The notes under the pieces were generated by a model. The model saw only the letters and a program-made list of their open reading frames with translations, ran no database searches and was not told the DNA's origin. This document shows, piece by piece, positions 41,901 to 54,843 of a stretch of DNA of 64,000 nt (positions are counted from its first letter, which is position 1; each line of letters begins with the position of its first letter). A program made the position numbers and the translations under genes. This DNA is from Auanema rhodensis (Eukaryota > Animalia > Nematoda). Where the stretch lies: contig OZ059897.1 in the NCBI GenBank assembly GCA_964057225.1, forward strand, positions 15,996,001-16,060,000, written 5' to 3'.

Positions 41901-44900
41901 GTTAATGTTTTCTAGCCTATCTAACCCATGAGAGCTGACGGATAAGTCCATATATAGGGACCACTAACCTGAGGCTATTTATGCGGACAGGGTAACCACA
42001 ACTTAAGACAGGTGACAGGTCCTGTGATTGATTATACTTACACGAACGTTATTGTGATTTCCGTTGTGGTCTGCTAAAAGCACAAAACATAAACAACAGA
42101 TTCATCAGTCTAATAAAGACATAACCGGAAGGCGGCTGACGCCTAAATTATCTTAATTCTTTTCCTTTTCGTAGCAGGGGGGGGGGCCTCATTATAACGA
42201 GGACCGGATGGAAAGGTGTCGGATAGAAAAAAGGGTGTCAGTAGGCTTATTAAAAACAAAGAAGGATCAGGTCATTATAAAGAAAATATATTCAAAACAA
42301 GCCAGAAAAGCAGATTTTTTTGGTATGAATATACAGGATTGAGACGATATTATTTTACATAAAATGCAAGTTTGCTTTAGGTTCAAAGCAAATAGTGGTC
42401 ATTTGCAGTTTTGAAGATGGCCATTGAAACTGTAACCGGCGAAGAGGTTGAGAAGAGGTCCGAGTCAGACAAAGAAAACTTAGAGAAAACTGAAATTTCT
42501 TTTACGTTTCTCTGTCAATCTTGTAGTTAGAAAGAATGAGTAACATGTGAAAGTTTGTCTAAGATTGAAATCAAAATGACTAGAAGATTCATTAGAAATG
42601 TATGAATTGAGGAGAGATTTATGGACAGGAGACACGACAGCTGGTAAATCTCAATTCAACTAAAGAACTTTGATTAGCCTCTTCTTAGCATTCAAAATGT
42701 TGACTGTATGAAAAAGCACAAAGCGTATGTAGATAAAACCATAATGCAACATGTTATTGTGTTCTTACAGACCATATAAGACTAATTCTTCAAAGTCAAG
42801 CACTGACAAGCTTAAAGACAGCGCTACGCTTGATTTACTGCTGAAGACTAACAGCCTTATGTTTCGTGTGCTAGATGCAGCTGCACAAAAGAAATAGCAC
42901 AAAAAATTCAAAAAATTGTTATGAAACAACATGCTAATTGAGTGGTCAACATAACAATCTTTGGACAGATAAAATATTAGTTGAAGCAACAGCATCCTCA
43001 AGAAGTTGTGAACAACTTCTTTCCTGATTGTAAGCCTAAATGCTTAATAGGCATCACTTTAAGATATGTATTGTGGATAACATGCCGCTGAAGTGATAGC
43101 CAAGCCGGTTCATGAACTAGTATATAGTCAAGTCTCCAAGACTGTATGGCCAGTTTAGCTGAAGCGTGAAACATATATTTTAGAATATCACGCCGGACAT
43201 GTATGTACATTGTATAATCAGCTGCTACTGGTGATGCTGTTGATAATGATGATGATCATCATCATTTGTTCAAAATAGTATTATGTATGTTCATACACGG
43301 CTTGAAGCAGGCAGCCTTGTGTATGTAAGAGCGGCACATACACAAAACTAGAAGGCTTGGTCCCAACTCATTTGCATATAACAACAATTGTCTCTATGTG
43401 ATGCCAGCTGATGATGCTCAATAAGCATGGAGGGGGATAACGATTTCAAAAGGAACACACAGACACACATACTAATGAATTGAAAGAAGAAATGACCGAT
43501 GAGGAATTCACATCTGCTGAAATATGATGGGAATTCGAAAGGTTCAATATTGGTTGAAAACGAAGCGGAATAAAAAGTTTTTAAAATTGTTCTGAAATCG
43601 TACAATTCAAAAGAATTAGAAGATTGATGCGCACACAGGTCAGTAAAGTCATTTTTCTGAATGAACAGAGAAGTGTCAATGCCAGGTTATTCATATAATA
43701 GAGTTTTTAAAAAAGATATATCCAAAAAATACTATTTAAAACGAAAAACACTTGATTTTAATAACTGAAAAAAAGAAAAAGATATGAAATGCAAGCAAAA
43801 TAGACGATATGTTGGATTAACGCTAAAGTTTAGGCCTATCTAACAAGATACGAACATCGAAACAACGCGCGGTGTCTCTTCGAAACGCCAAAAGTAAAAC
43901 ATAAAAAGGTCGAATACATGGGAAGAGTGAAAACAAGGAGGCTAAATGATGAAATGAAAATAGATAGATACATACATACAGCATTTGAAGTTCCAAAAAT
44001 GGACATATACACGCAATCTGGACACGTAATGATTTTGATAAAAACCAAAATAAGAATTATTACTACTACTACTACTAATACTATCTACTTGAGTATTTGA
44101 TATGCGTTGCGAAAGCAGAATTTCCAATGATCACATGAAAGCTGAGAATAGCCGTACATCTGGTCCACAAGATGGATCAGCAAAAAAGGAAAAAAAAGAA
44201 GAACGTCTCGACAAAATTGGGCGTGAACTGAAAAAGCAGACAAAGCACGCTGGCCAGAACTAGAAAAAATGATAAGAAACAATTCAATATGACTGTTAGA
44301 TATTTAAAACAGGTGGTCTTTTTTACTTATAATAATAAAAAAAAAAGAAAAAAGTGGAAATTCATACGTGAAAGATATTACGTTTATTTTACTTTGAAGT
44401 TGAGTGAAGAGTGGTTGCATTCGTAAATAATGAAATCAAGGATATCGGTAACATGACAAACTCAAGCCTAAATTCTACACATATACCGCCATGTATTAAA
44501 CTATTTGAGGGAAAGACGAAATTAAAAAGTGACGATGAAAGAAATCTTCTCGATCATCATCAAGTCCCGCAACAACAATAACCAATAGGGATTTTTTTGT
44601 TTCTTGGATAGCACAGCAGGTAGTAAACGAGCTTTTTTCGATGAAAAAAATCCTTTTCAAGGGCAAACTTTCATTAAACTGTCCGAAACGATATTGAGCA
44701 AGTGTTGTCATAACGGACCAGTGGGCATAGAAGTCGGTAATGAACCGGCATCTTTTATAGTTGGTGTGAAATAGAAGAATTCCACCATTTCTCACAAAAT
44801 CACTATTTCCCACTTTGGTTATATTAATGTATATTTAAATGAGAAAACATATTTGGAAACAAGAAAATAAGAGAAGTTCTGAACCGGATTGACAGTATGG

Positions 44901-47900
44901 TATGAAATGATATGATTACAAAAAGCCTCATTGATGTACAATCAATTGGAAACATAATGTATCCTTTGCTACTATTCGTCATCATCTCATCCTATCTGAG
45001 CCTTGTTCCATCGTTATACTCTGGCAGACAGAAGAGATTTCTTCTTTTTTTCATCAAATACAACCACATTGTTATTCCATTCAAAGTTGGTGACAGAAGA
45101 ATGAGTTCTCATTTGAAAAAAAAACGGTTGGAACGAATCGAATGGAACAAACAGTAGTTGAATAAATACAGATAAAAAAAGAACATTTTGGGCTCAGTAT
45201 TGTAAAGTAAGAACTTGCTGAGAAACTGATTCAAGAAACACTTAAAATGACCTTTTCTGTAATGTATATATTATAAACGTACATTTACATGAATATAATA
45301 TAACGTTCAAAATTGAATAATGTAAAGCTGTTTTGCTAAGAAAACTATGATTAGCTTTACCGGAATATATATATATATATAGTTTGAAAACATAACATCA
45401 AAACTTGAAAGAAGTTCAATAGTAGTTTGGATTAATGCTATTCGAAGTCATCTGCCGAACAAGTAAGCCCGTCACGAATAGTTGGTTGAAAACTGCTAAA
45501 ACGGCTCCATAAATGTCTCTTCAAATAGGAAATAGTTATAAGACCGCAAATGAAAAAAAACATACGAAGACTATATTTTCAGAAAAAGTTTGTGTTGTTA
45601 TGGTTGTGTAGATGTGGTGTATGCGATCAAGATATAGAAGAAAAAGAAAATTGAGTGACTGACTGACTACTAAGTATTCAAAACATGATGGTAGTAGATC
45701 CAAGGGGAGTTCCTTCTTCGAATATAACCATGACATTTCCGACATGGTCTTCAAGTATAAGGAAAAGACGTAAAACGAAAATAAAATAAATTAAATGAAG
45801 CTTTTGATGCAATTGTGATGAGGACAGCAACAAGGATCAGACGAGCCAAAGCAATATAAATGGCCAATGTCCACTTCTAATTTTCGCGAGATACATCTGT
45901 TAAAGGAGAACATTAACAATAAAAGTAGAAGAATAACTAGAATATGAAACAATTGATTTCAAGAAGAAAATAAAGAAAACCATAATATTGACAGGATGAT
46001 AAGTTATGTTTCATTGAACTTAAGTTTCAGATTTCTTACTTTAGTACTAAAGTTTCAATAAAACATGGGCATAACTTTCAAGATTTTAGAAGAAAATCCT
46101 GAATGAAAAGGTGTTCCACACGTCGGATATTGTGGCCTCTATTCTACATATTCCTTAAAATGCTGGAAGAGTCATATAGTTCTTTGCTGAATAAAACTAA
46201 CGACCAAACCATAAAAGAACGAAGATGTGCCGTCTGTTAGTCCATGGCCGAAGGATATATAGGCAATAGTAAGACTTCGAGTGAGTGGGTAATAAATAGC
46301 ATAGTGAAAGATAAACTTCTTTTTCAATCCCTTAAGACTGCTCAAATCAACCAAAATATAATATAATTAGCTTCAGTAAAGGATATGCTATTGTAAAAGT
46401 GATATATGGTATGAGTTAACAAGTTCGTAATATATCTAGTCTTCCAACATGAGTAGAAGCTAATAAAAACTAAATAAGGATTAGGCTTTTGGCAATACTA
46501 ATTGAAAACTAGCTAGTTCACGGGAAACAGCCTTTTAGGCCACTCTCTTTATATTTCTACTATTTCCTTGTCTTTGATGCTCAATCCGATTGGCCATAAA
46601 GAGGTAGAGAGAGAAAGCTTTAAAGCTTGAAGAGGTGCCTGAGGGGTTGCAGGATTCCGATAAGCACCGGAAACGATGAATAATTAAGGATAAAAGAACT
46701 GATTTAAAGTTTTCGAGAGATTATGTTACTCGAATTATAGAAAACGTTGAAAAGTATTCATACAACTAAATCAAGACTTATATTATTTATGAGAAAACAT
46801 TTTTCAAACAACATCATATATTCAACAACATAAAATATTTTTCTTATATTAATAAAAAAAAAAGAAATAAAGATATAGAGTAAAACATAATAATATATTA
46901 AGATATAAGAATAGATGTTGTAAAATCACTAATAACAAACAAACAGAATGTATATGAAGTACTATAGACGAAGAACAAAAAGCTGAATATTATCTACGTG
47001 ACTGTATGGTTCTATATATCTTTTTGGGATAAGAGCCGACTGTATTGGCTCCAAGAGCAACCTTTGAATAGGCACAATTGTCTTTCACCATAGTCGGAGA
47101 TCTATGCTTTATAACGTCAAGTGGACGTACACATAATAGAATCATATAAATTCTGAATACTATGTACATCATGCTCACGAGCATGAGATAAAACAATAAA
47201 TTTTTACTTCATCTTGCAAAATAAAGAATATAGATATGAAGAGATAGAAATAAAAACGATGAACAACAAAAAAAGACTTTGAAATAAGAATGATGAAAAT
47301 GACAAATAAATAGTTCATTAAATTAGTGAGAAGAAAAAAAACATTTAGAGGTATTAAACTGACTAAAAGTTATATAAAAAATAAAAATATATTTAGTAGT
47401 AGTAATAATTCTTCTTTGTTTTCTAAGATATTATAGTTAAACAGAAAAAAAATCATGAGATCTAGCCAAATATTGATTGCTTTTTCCTCATCATTTTTTT
47501 AAACTACAATAAGAAATGTTTTGTTCTATATATATTATATTATGATTAGTTGAATATTCACGAATTTAGTTTCATACTGAGAAATTCATGAATTTCAAAG
47601 GTTTTTCTATGGAAAAAAATAATTAAAAAAATGGATTGAAATCTAATTGATCTATAGATCTTAGAAATACAATAGTTCTGAATAAGCGGAACACTATTAA
47701 AAGATCAAACGAAAAATTGTCTTGAATATTTTCAAATTGAATTGTATATTCTATTGTTTGAAAATTTCAAAGTGTTTTATAGGCAGTAGATTTTCTCAAA
47801 AATCTATATGATATTGCAATGTATTTAGAAGGATTAACTTGGGCTAAGAATGAAACCTACTTTAATATTTAGAAATCTTTTCTTTATTTTCTCTTTTACC

Positions 47901-48580
47901 TCTTTTATTGAAAAAAATTTGATTTCAATGTTGTTTATTATATATTATAAAGAGATTTATTCGATTGTTTGGTAAGTGTCCTATTAGACTAGAACTTAAG
48001 TGTAGGCATAGTTCCCATGCATCAGATAAACAGTACCAGATCAAATAATATTGCTGGAGAAAGGAATTAAACATACATGGTTTTGTGAAGCAGCTGAGTG
48101 TAAATAAGTCAAGAAAGTGTTAAGATAAATATAATTCTTTTTATTTCTTTAAATAATAGGGAGAGGTAAAAGAAAACCTTTTTTTGATTTTTTTAAATTT
48201 TTGCTCGTTAAAACTGATAAATTGCTTTCTGGAAGAACATTATGAGGAAAGATTTCCGATTCGCATCTTTTTGCCCAAATACGATTTTCTTCATTTTTCA
48301 GTCATTTTGATGCTTAATGCAAAAATATATCCTAGCTAAGGGAAAACTCGTCATTTTTGAAAATCTTCAATTATGGGCTCTTTTCACAGGTGTGGGAAAA
48401 CTTGGCAAACATCGATTAAATGATTAACAAACAAATAGTTGCAACATTATGAAAAAGTGAGGTTAAGGCTATTAAATGATTAGTTTTAGTCTCCGAAAAG
48501 CCTTTTGATCACTAAATGAATAGCGTTTCCCAAGGAAGCCCTCAAAGAAGTCAATCGAATTCACCTACTCTCACATTTTG

Positions 48581-48610
48581 AACTTTTGCACTGACAACTT
48601 TTGCACTGAC
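48581..48610 (+). repeat. Perfect 15-bp tandem duplication (AACTTTTGCACTGAC x2)
   Basis: Direct reading. Confidence 0.9.
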
Positions 48611-49000
48611 TAGTTTTGTTTTACTTTATGTTATTTTATATTAATTAACTATTCATACACTAATACAACAAGTGACTAGTTCAATCTGTTCATGTCTAAT
48701 TATGACTTTCATGGTTTCAGGACCGAAGAAGGAAAATATGTCCCTTAGGGCAAATGAAGCAAATTAGGTTTTTGAAAAACAATGCATTCTGTGAGCATTG
48801 CATATTCGTCACAGAAAAAGATGTTCTCAGAATACATCTGATTTATATTCATAACATACATGTACAGTGTTTTCCTTGAATGAATAAATACAATAACTAA
48901 TTAGGATGTTAATCCATTTTCTATTCCCTATATGCACATCCATTCCACCTGTATATGATGGAAGGACAGTTTTTATTTCTAGGGTGGCAATTAGAGGATT

Positions 49001-49033
49001 AGTCAAGACATGCATACAGTCAAGACATGCATA
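49001..49033 (+). repeat. Tandem duplication, 17-bp period (AGTCAAGACATGCATA x2)
   Basis: Direct reading. Confidence 0.9.
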
Positions 49034-49627
49034 GACTAGCACAACATGGATAAAGTAGTGAAGGTCATGTCTAAAATTCTTGTTTTTTTTTATATTTTTT
49101 TGCCTTCGCTTAAGAAAGGGAGGTTATAAACTTATTTTAATCGAAAATAAATATTTTAAAAACCTAAAGTACTGGACATATATCTACGCATGTAATGTGA
49201 TAAAACATAAAATAAGGCATTGACAAAGCCATTAAAATAGTTGACAAATTGACGATTGAAACGACATCTTTATGTTTGAAGCTTCACAAAAGACTTTATT
49301 GATCCGAGAATTTCAGAACTCTATTCTAATCAAAATTTAGAAAATTTGAAACCAACAATCATTCAGATATGAATTTTTCAAAATGAATTCAATGTACGTG
49401 GTATGTACTTAGAGCTCAATCATCGGTACATAAATTAATATCAAAAATCATTATCTATTCAGTTTCCCTTGACTTTTCTTCTTCAATGTTTGAGAAATTT
49501 GACTTTTTCTCTTTTTTTTTCTTTATAATGTATTAATTGCCTCAGAAATTCAACACAAAACAAAGTTACACTTTCCTGTTAGTCATTTGTAACAAATATA
49601 TTTATTATGTAAGATTTAAAAGTATTT

Positions 49628-51704
49628 TTAAACAATATAATACAAGAAATGTAACACATATAAAAATGATAATAATGTAATCTGATAATTTGCTTTGTGT
49701 GACAAATCACAGACGATTTTTGGCGTTATTCCTTTGGTTTTGGACCGCTGATATACGGCACGACACGGATTATTCTTACTCATATATGATATTCTATTTG
49801 TTCGGAATCTATTTGGCTTTGTCGTTGTTGGTGTCGTCGTTGTTGTTGTAGTTGTTGTAGTAGTTGTGGTAGTTGTTGGAGGTTCTGTTATTATTGGCCT
49901 TGGCGTTGTTGTGAAAACTGTAAGGGCAATGTTTAAAAAATCGAAAATCACTTGTATAGTTTACTTGGAGCGGTGACAATAATCTTGGGAGGTACTCTCT
50001 TCGACGTTGGTGGCAAAACGAGTTCAGGTTCTGTTGGGTCACATGTCTCTTTGTCTGGAATTTAACAAGTTGAGTATGAGCATTAAGCAGTGACTTACCT
50101 GGAGGAACAAAACAACAGCAAACAGTATGACCGCGATGTTGGTAGCATCTAAATAAGAAACATTAATTGCAACATTATGAAAAAAGTGAATAAAGAGAAG
50201 AAAATATGATAAGAAAGCTTTACCTATCTCCGTCTTTCATTTGATGAACTAACATACAATATCTGTATAGCTCATCATTCAGGTGTCGATATACACAATG
50301 AGTCTCTTCGCCGTCTTCTTCATCTTCATTATTTTCATCATATTCTGAAACAAATATTTTAAATTTAAATTTTTAATAAATTAAATGAATACCTTCATCT
50401 ATGACTGCATACTTGATACCATTTTTTGTTTTAGTTGTTACGCCTTTTCCTCTTTTTTTGTCAATTTCACCAAAAGGAAGCTTTAAAGAAGGCAAGTTGT
50501 TAATGTTTTTAGAATAATTTGATTTTTTTTCCGGCCAATAAGGTGTTTCTACTTCTTTTGTTGAAGTTTTTACTGGCTTATAATAATGAGAGACAGGCCG
50601 CTTAGTTGTAATGATTGGACGTCCAGAGGCACTATTTAGTGATGTGCTTGTAGTTGGGACAGAAGTAGTACTAGTAGTAGTAAATGTTATCATAGTAGTT
50701 TGAGGTTTGTTTGTAGAAAGAGTAAAATCCTCTGTGTCATCATCAAAGTCTACCTTAATATTCTTAAAGATCAGAAACAAAGTTATCAGATGATGCACTA
50801 ACCTGAACCGCATTAACTTCATAATCTTCTTCTGATACGTAAAGAAGTTCTTTGAAACGACGTTTTCGATTTCTTTTCTTGTAATCGGCTTCGTATTCCT
50901 CTTCATCTGCACCATCTTCGTCCTCATATTCTTCAGACGATGAAACTTGATGTAGGAGGCAACCCACGGCTCCAGCACCACAAACTTCAGAACCACAATG
51001 TACAGGTGGAGCAGATGCCGAGGCTACAATAATTCAATTATTTTTGAAACAAGCGCACAGTTTAAACTTACGAAGTTTATCATCTCCTGATATAACAAGT
51101 TTTTGGAGAGTTGAATAATAAAGGGAACAACAAAATCTAACTACTGTTGACGTCATTTCCTCAAGTCTCAATCCGTAATTCGAAACCAAGTATTTGGTAA
51201 AAGCAGGATTCAAAAGGTCAAGATTGATGGCAGAACAACCTGGCATCGTTCCACAAAGTTCAGAAAACAAAGGCTGAAAAATCGAAATAGAAAAAACTCT
51301 CCAATGATATAATACCGATCGTTCATCTTCATACGTCTCCTCTTCAGCTGATTCGTTTAGTGCCAGAATACCCGCATCGACACAATCATATACACCAGTC
51401 TTAGAATAAAGTGTTTGTAATAGAAACAGAATATTTTTGCTTACTTTATCTTTTCCCTGTTTAGTAGGCCCAGAGAATTCAAAGTATCCGCAAGCGGTAG
51501 AGGAGGAAGGGCATTGGATGGCATGTTGAGCAGATTTCGTCGAACGAATGCCTTGTCTACATGAAATCTGAAATACTTTCTTGTTAAAACTTTCTAGATA
51601 GAATTCAAACTTACTTTCACATTATATGGTGCTAAAGGAAGTTCGGCAACAGAATGCACGAATGGAATGAATAAAGATACGCAGAAAATCAATTGAATTA
51701 TCAT
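49628..51704 (-). CDS. Secreted, probably GPI-anchored protein (~543 aa): two Ly6/uPAR-like Cys modules, acidic tracts, Thr-rich mucin segments
   Basis: Exons 51704-51615, 51567-51445, 51399-51316, 51273-51072, 51023-50803, 50753-50393, 50344-50224, 50148-50099, 50054-49965 and 49917-49628 total 1632 nt in one frame. Signal peptide MIIQLIFCVSLFIPFVHS; Cys patterns ISC..IQCP..ACGY..YDC..LC..GC..FCC and HC..VC..GC...THC..YC..RC..CCC..TCD; poly-Thr stalk; hydrophobic C-terminus ITLLSFLYVLHFLYYIV. The domain assignment is inferred from Cys spacing. Confidence 0.88.
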
Positions 51705-52846
51705 ATATGAAACAATGGTCAGTCCACCATTCGAGGGTTGTAATATCACCAAAATTATTCTAAATATTAAAAAAATTAATTTTTTATTCATTAATTAAAA
51801 ATTGGAGGTTAAAAAAACGTTTGTTTGGTAAATGGTCTGAGAAATATACAGGGAAAAAGGTGTGAAAATAGAACATTTCGGCTAATGGCTTTATCATCCG
51901 AAAAGAAATGAAAATACACTCGGAATAGTTTGAAGAAAAAGAAGAAGACAGTAGAGCACCTGTTAGAAGAAACGGATAGGAGGGTAAGGACGAGAGAGAA
52001 AGAGCTTGTAACAGACGTATAGCCAAGAGATAGATTTAGATCTGAAGAGAGAAGACTTGGGCACAGAAGATTACTCTTTGGAAACAGATAGCGACAGAGG
52101 AGAGCCAAAGAGCACGGCATTGCTTCACTAGAGTTCCAGATTTATGAGTCAAAGAGACTGACTTCAACATTGATGATGATGGATTTGGATTCGACCAAAA
52201 GTGTCAGGTTCTCATCTAAATACATACAAGTATTGAGTATTTTGATGTTGTAAGCTGTGTTTTCGCTGTTAATAAAAAACGAAAAAACAACAAAATGATT
52301 TAAACAGATCTGTGTGCTTCTCTTCTTTTCTTGAAATCTTGAAAATGTGTATAATCACCTATATAAAAGATCGTCTTTTGTTGGTGTATCAGAAAGTGAA
52401 TGAGAAAAATTAAGACTATATGTATAAAAACGGGAAAAAAACAAAGAAAATATGATGTACCCCAAAAAAGAAACCGTTTCCCATACAATTTATATTAAAT
52501 ATGAGAGAAACCAGACAAACGAACCTTTTGGGTCCAAATAGAGAACAGCTGCTCTGGATTTGCAAATGGCCTAATTCAAGTAAAACATAGTATAGCAAGT
52601 GTAATAGACTTTTAATACCTCTGTTTATACAACAAACTTATGTCTTCAATATGTATTACAAATTAGAAGTGAAGTTAATCCTATATGTGTAGTATAATAT
52701 TTCTATGCTTTCATCAGGCTTTAAATTATTGTTAACAATCATTATATAAATAAAATTTTATTTTATTAAAATTATCTGAGCATTTTATATAAAATGTGAA
52801 TTCTGTACAATAACCCGAGCAATATATCTATTTTATCATCCAGTTC

Positions 52847-53295
52847 CTAGAACTCAAGCTCTGGTTGAAAATCGAATTCTGGATACTGTTGGCTTGGCTT
52901 GTTTTTGACTGGTAGTTCTCTGAAACATTCAAGATGATTTATGAACAAGAATTAGGCTTTTTTCTATTTAAGTAAAATATTTTTTTTAATCTTCAAGGTT
53001 GGACTTCTGTTTAAGAAAATGAAACATACGGAAGAATCTTAGCGAAATCGAGAAGAGGGTATGGAAGATCATCTGGAATTGGGAAGCTTGGTTCTCTTTC
53101 AATAACAGAACGCTCAAATCTTAAGACTCGTCGAGAAATTGGATGCTGAAAAAGTATGAATGAAAAATTTTAATTTGGAATAAAACTTACTTTTTCAAAT
53201 GGATCACGTTTTCCTTTCTTGGTTATGGAACTTTTATCAAATGCCAGTACAGAGCAGACAATCAAGAAGATCACAAACAAAAAGCGAGGATACAT
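52847..53295 (-). CDS. Small secreted protein, 97 aa, with basic processing sites (propeptide-like)
   Basis: Exons 53295-53191, 53145-53030 and 52919-52847 (294 nt). The ATG is directly preceded by TTCCAG. Protein: MYPRFLFVIFLIVCSVLAFDKSSITKKGKRDPFEKHPISRRVLRFERSVIEREPSFPIPDDLPYPLLDFAKILPELPVKNKPSQQYPEFDFQPELEF. Confidence 0.85.
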
Positions 53296-54843
53296 CTGGA
53301 ACTTAACCATTAAAACACATATAATGAAATAAACAAGATAAAAATAAAGAAAGTTATAGAACAACTACTTGAAAAGGTAGATTATCAGGTATGAACCCGT
53401 TAGTAGCTATCAATGATTTTGCAAATGACGTTCTCAATTCATGGATCTCAATCCAAATAAGGTCATTAGGCCGAGAATACACTCGTTTGTATGTGTTATC
53501 TATCGATAGAACGACGTGGATGAAAAAGATTGAATGATGAGGTTATATCATCCAATAAATTCACTTAAAAGTGAAAAAGAAATGCGCAGTTATTGAATAT
53601 ATTCAAAAACTATAAATTCTGGAAATTGTTAAAATTTTTCTATACTAAAAACCAGAAATGTGAAAACGATCAACATGGAAAAATTAGAAACGGTTTCTTG
53701 TCACGAGGTGGATTGTTATTAATTGAAGAAAGTATGCTATATAGAAATAAATGCTGGGCGTAACAAGTAGAAGAAACTTTTCAAATACATATTTATATAT
53801 ACTGTTTCTTAACATTGAAGTAATTGAAGTGAATGAAATGATTGAAATTGTCTTTGTTATTACATATATAGCTGGAATTAAGTTGGGCGTGGCTGATTTT
53901 TTTCTTCTGATTTTTAAGAAATACTTTAGATATAGATGAGCTTACTGAAAATGGGGTGGGCGAAACGGACGATTATCCTTGAATGGACGCCCCCAATGAT
54001 GAATGCTCCGGCTAAATATAGCTGTTCTCTGTCTTGAATCTCTTTTTGACGTCATCTACGAATAAAATGACCGATTGTTTTCTGAATCATTAGGAATTCA
54101 GTCCTGAGCAGTGTATGCTTTTAAAAAAGGGTATCGATGACGTTTTTTATTGTTGAATGACTAAATCTCAGAAGTAGTCTTGTAATAAGCGTAATTAAGT
54201 GTATCTAACATTTCAGAACTCATACTCATACTAGCTGAGCTAGTGGACATCAGAAAAGTATAGAACCGACACGTGTATTATATGCATTTAAAGAAAACTT
54301 TCAAACCAAATATATTATTCTAGAAACTAATATTGTTTTCTAATTCGTTCAATAATGAAGATATGTTTTTATAATATATTATTTAATTATACCGTATTTC
54401 GTGATCCTAAAGCCAAAAAGAGATCGTTTGATAATTTTTGTTGTTTGATTTAAATTGATACTTTTTTCATATAGTTGTAAAGATACATTAGAAAAGATAT
54501 ATTAAAACTGCTTGTATTTCTAACTTGATAGATCTTTAAACTCCGTGGTCTCCAGAGGAACTAGATCTGTTTGCTGTTTACAAACCATCTGCGCCCCCAA
54601 CGTAGGCTTGGAAAATTGAACAATTTTTGAAATATGACATTCATATGGAAATTTCTTATTATATAATTGCTTTATTTATTTTTAAATTAAGTGTCAAGTC
54701 GTATATTAATGCTTATTGAACTATTGATGAACATGAATTTATTTATTTTTAGTTATAATCTGTTCTTCCAGATATTTCTATGTATACGAAAACTTATTCA
54801 TAACTTCTGCTATATATCTTTCCTTTATTTTTAGAATTTAGCA

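Noticed and set aside
46990-47196. Exon-like GC patch with a small three-stem fold
   Set aside because: No partner exons or recognisable protein; not a tRNA cloverleaf.
53932-53995. Hammerhead-like GATGAG...CGAAAC in a GC-rich hairpin
   Set aside because: The core reads TAGATGA rather than CTGATGA, and stem III and the cleavage triplet do not form. More likely part of the divergent promoter region.
53995-54083. Possible C/D snoRNA (ATGATGA...CTGA)
   Set aside because: No terminal stem and no convincing antisense element of 10 nt or more that I can identify.
54596-54646. SmY/SL-like RNA: AATTTTTG flanked by short hairpins
   Set aside because: The stems are only 4-5 bp, there is no SL leader sequence, and the word is common in AT-rich DNA.
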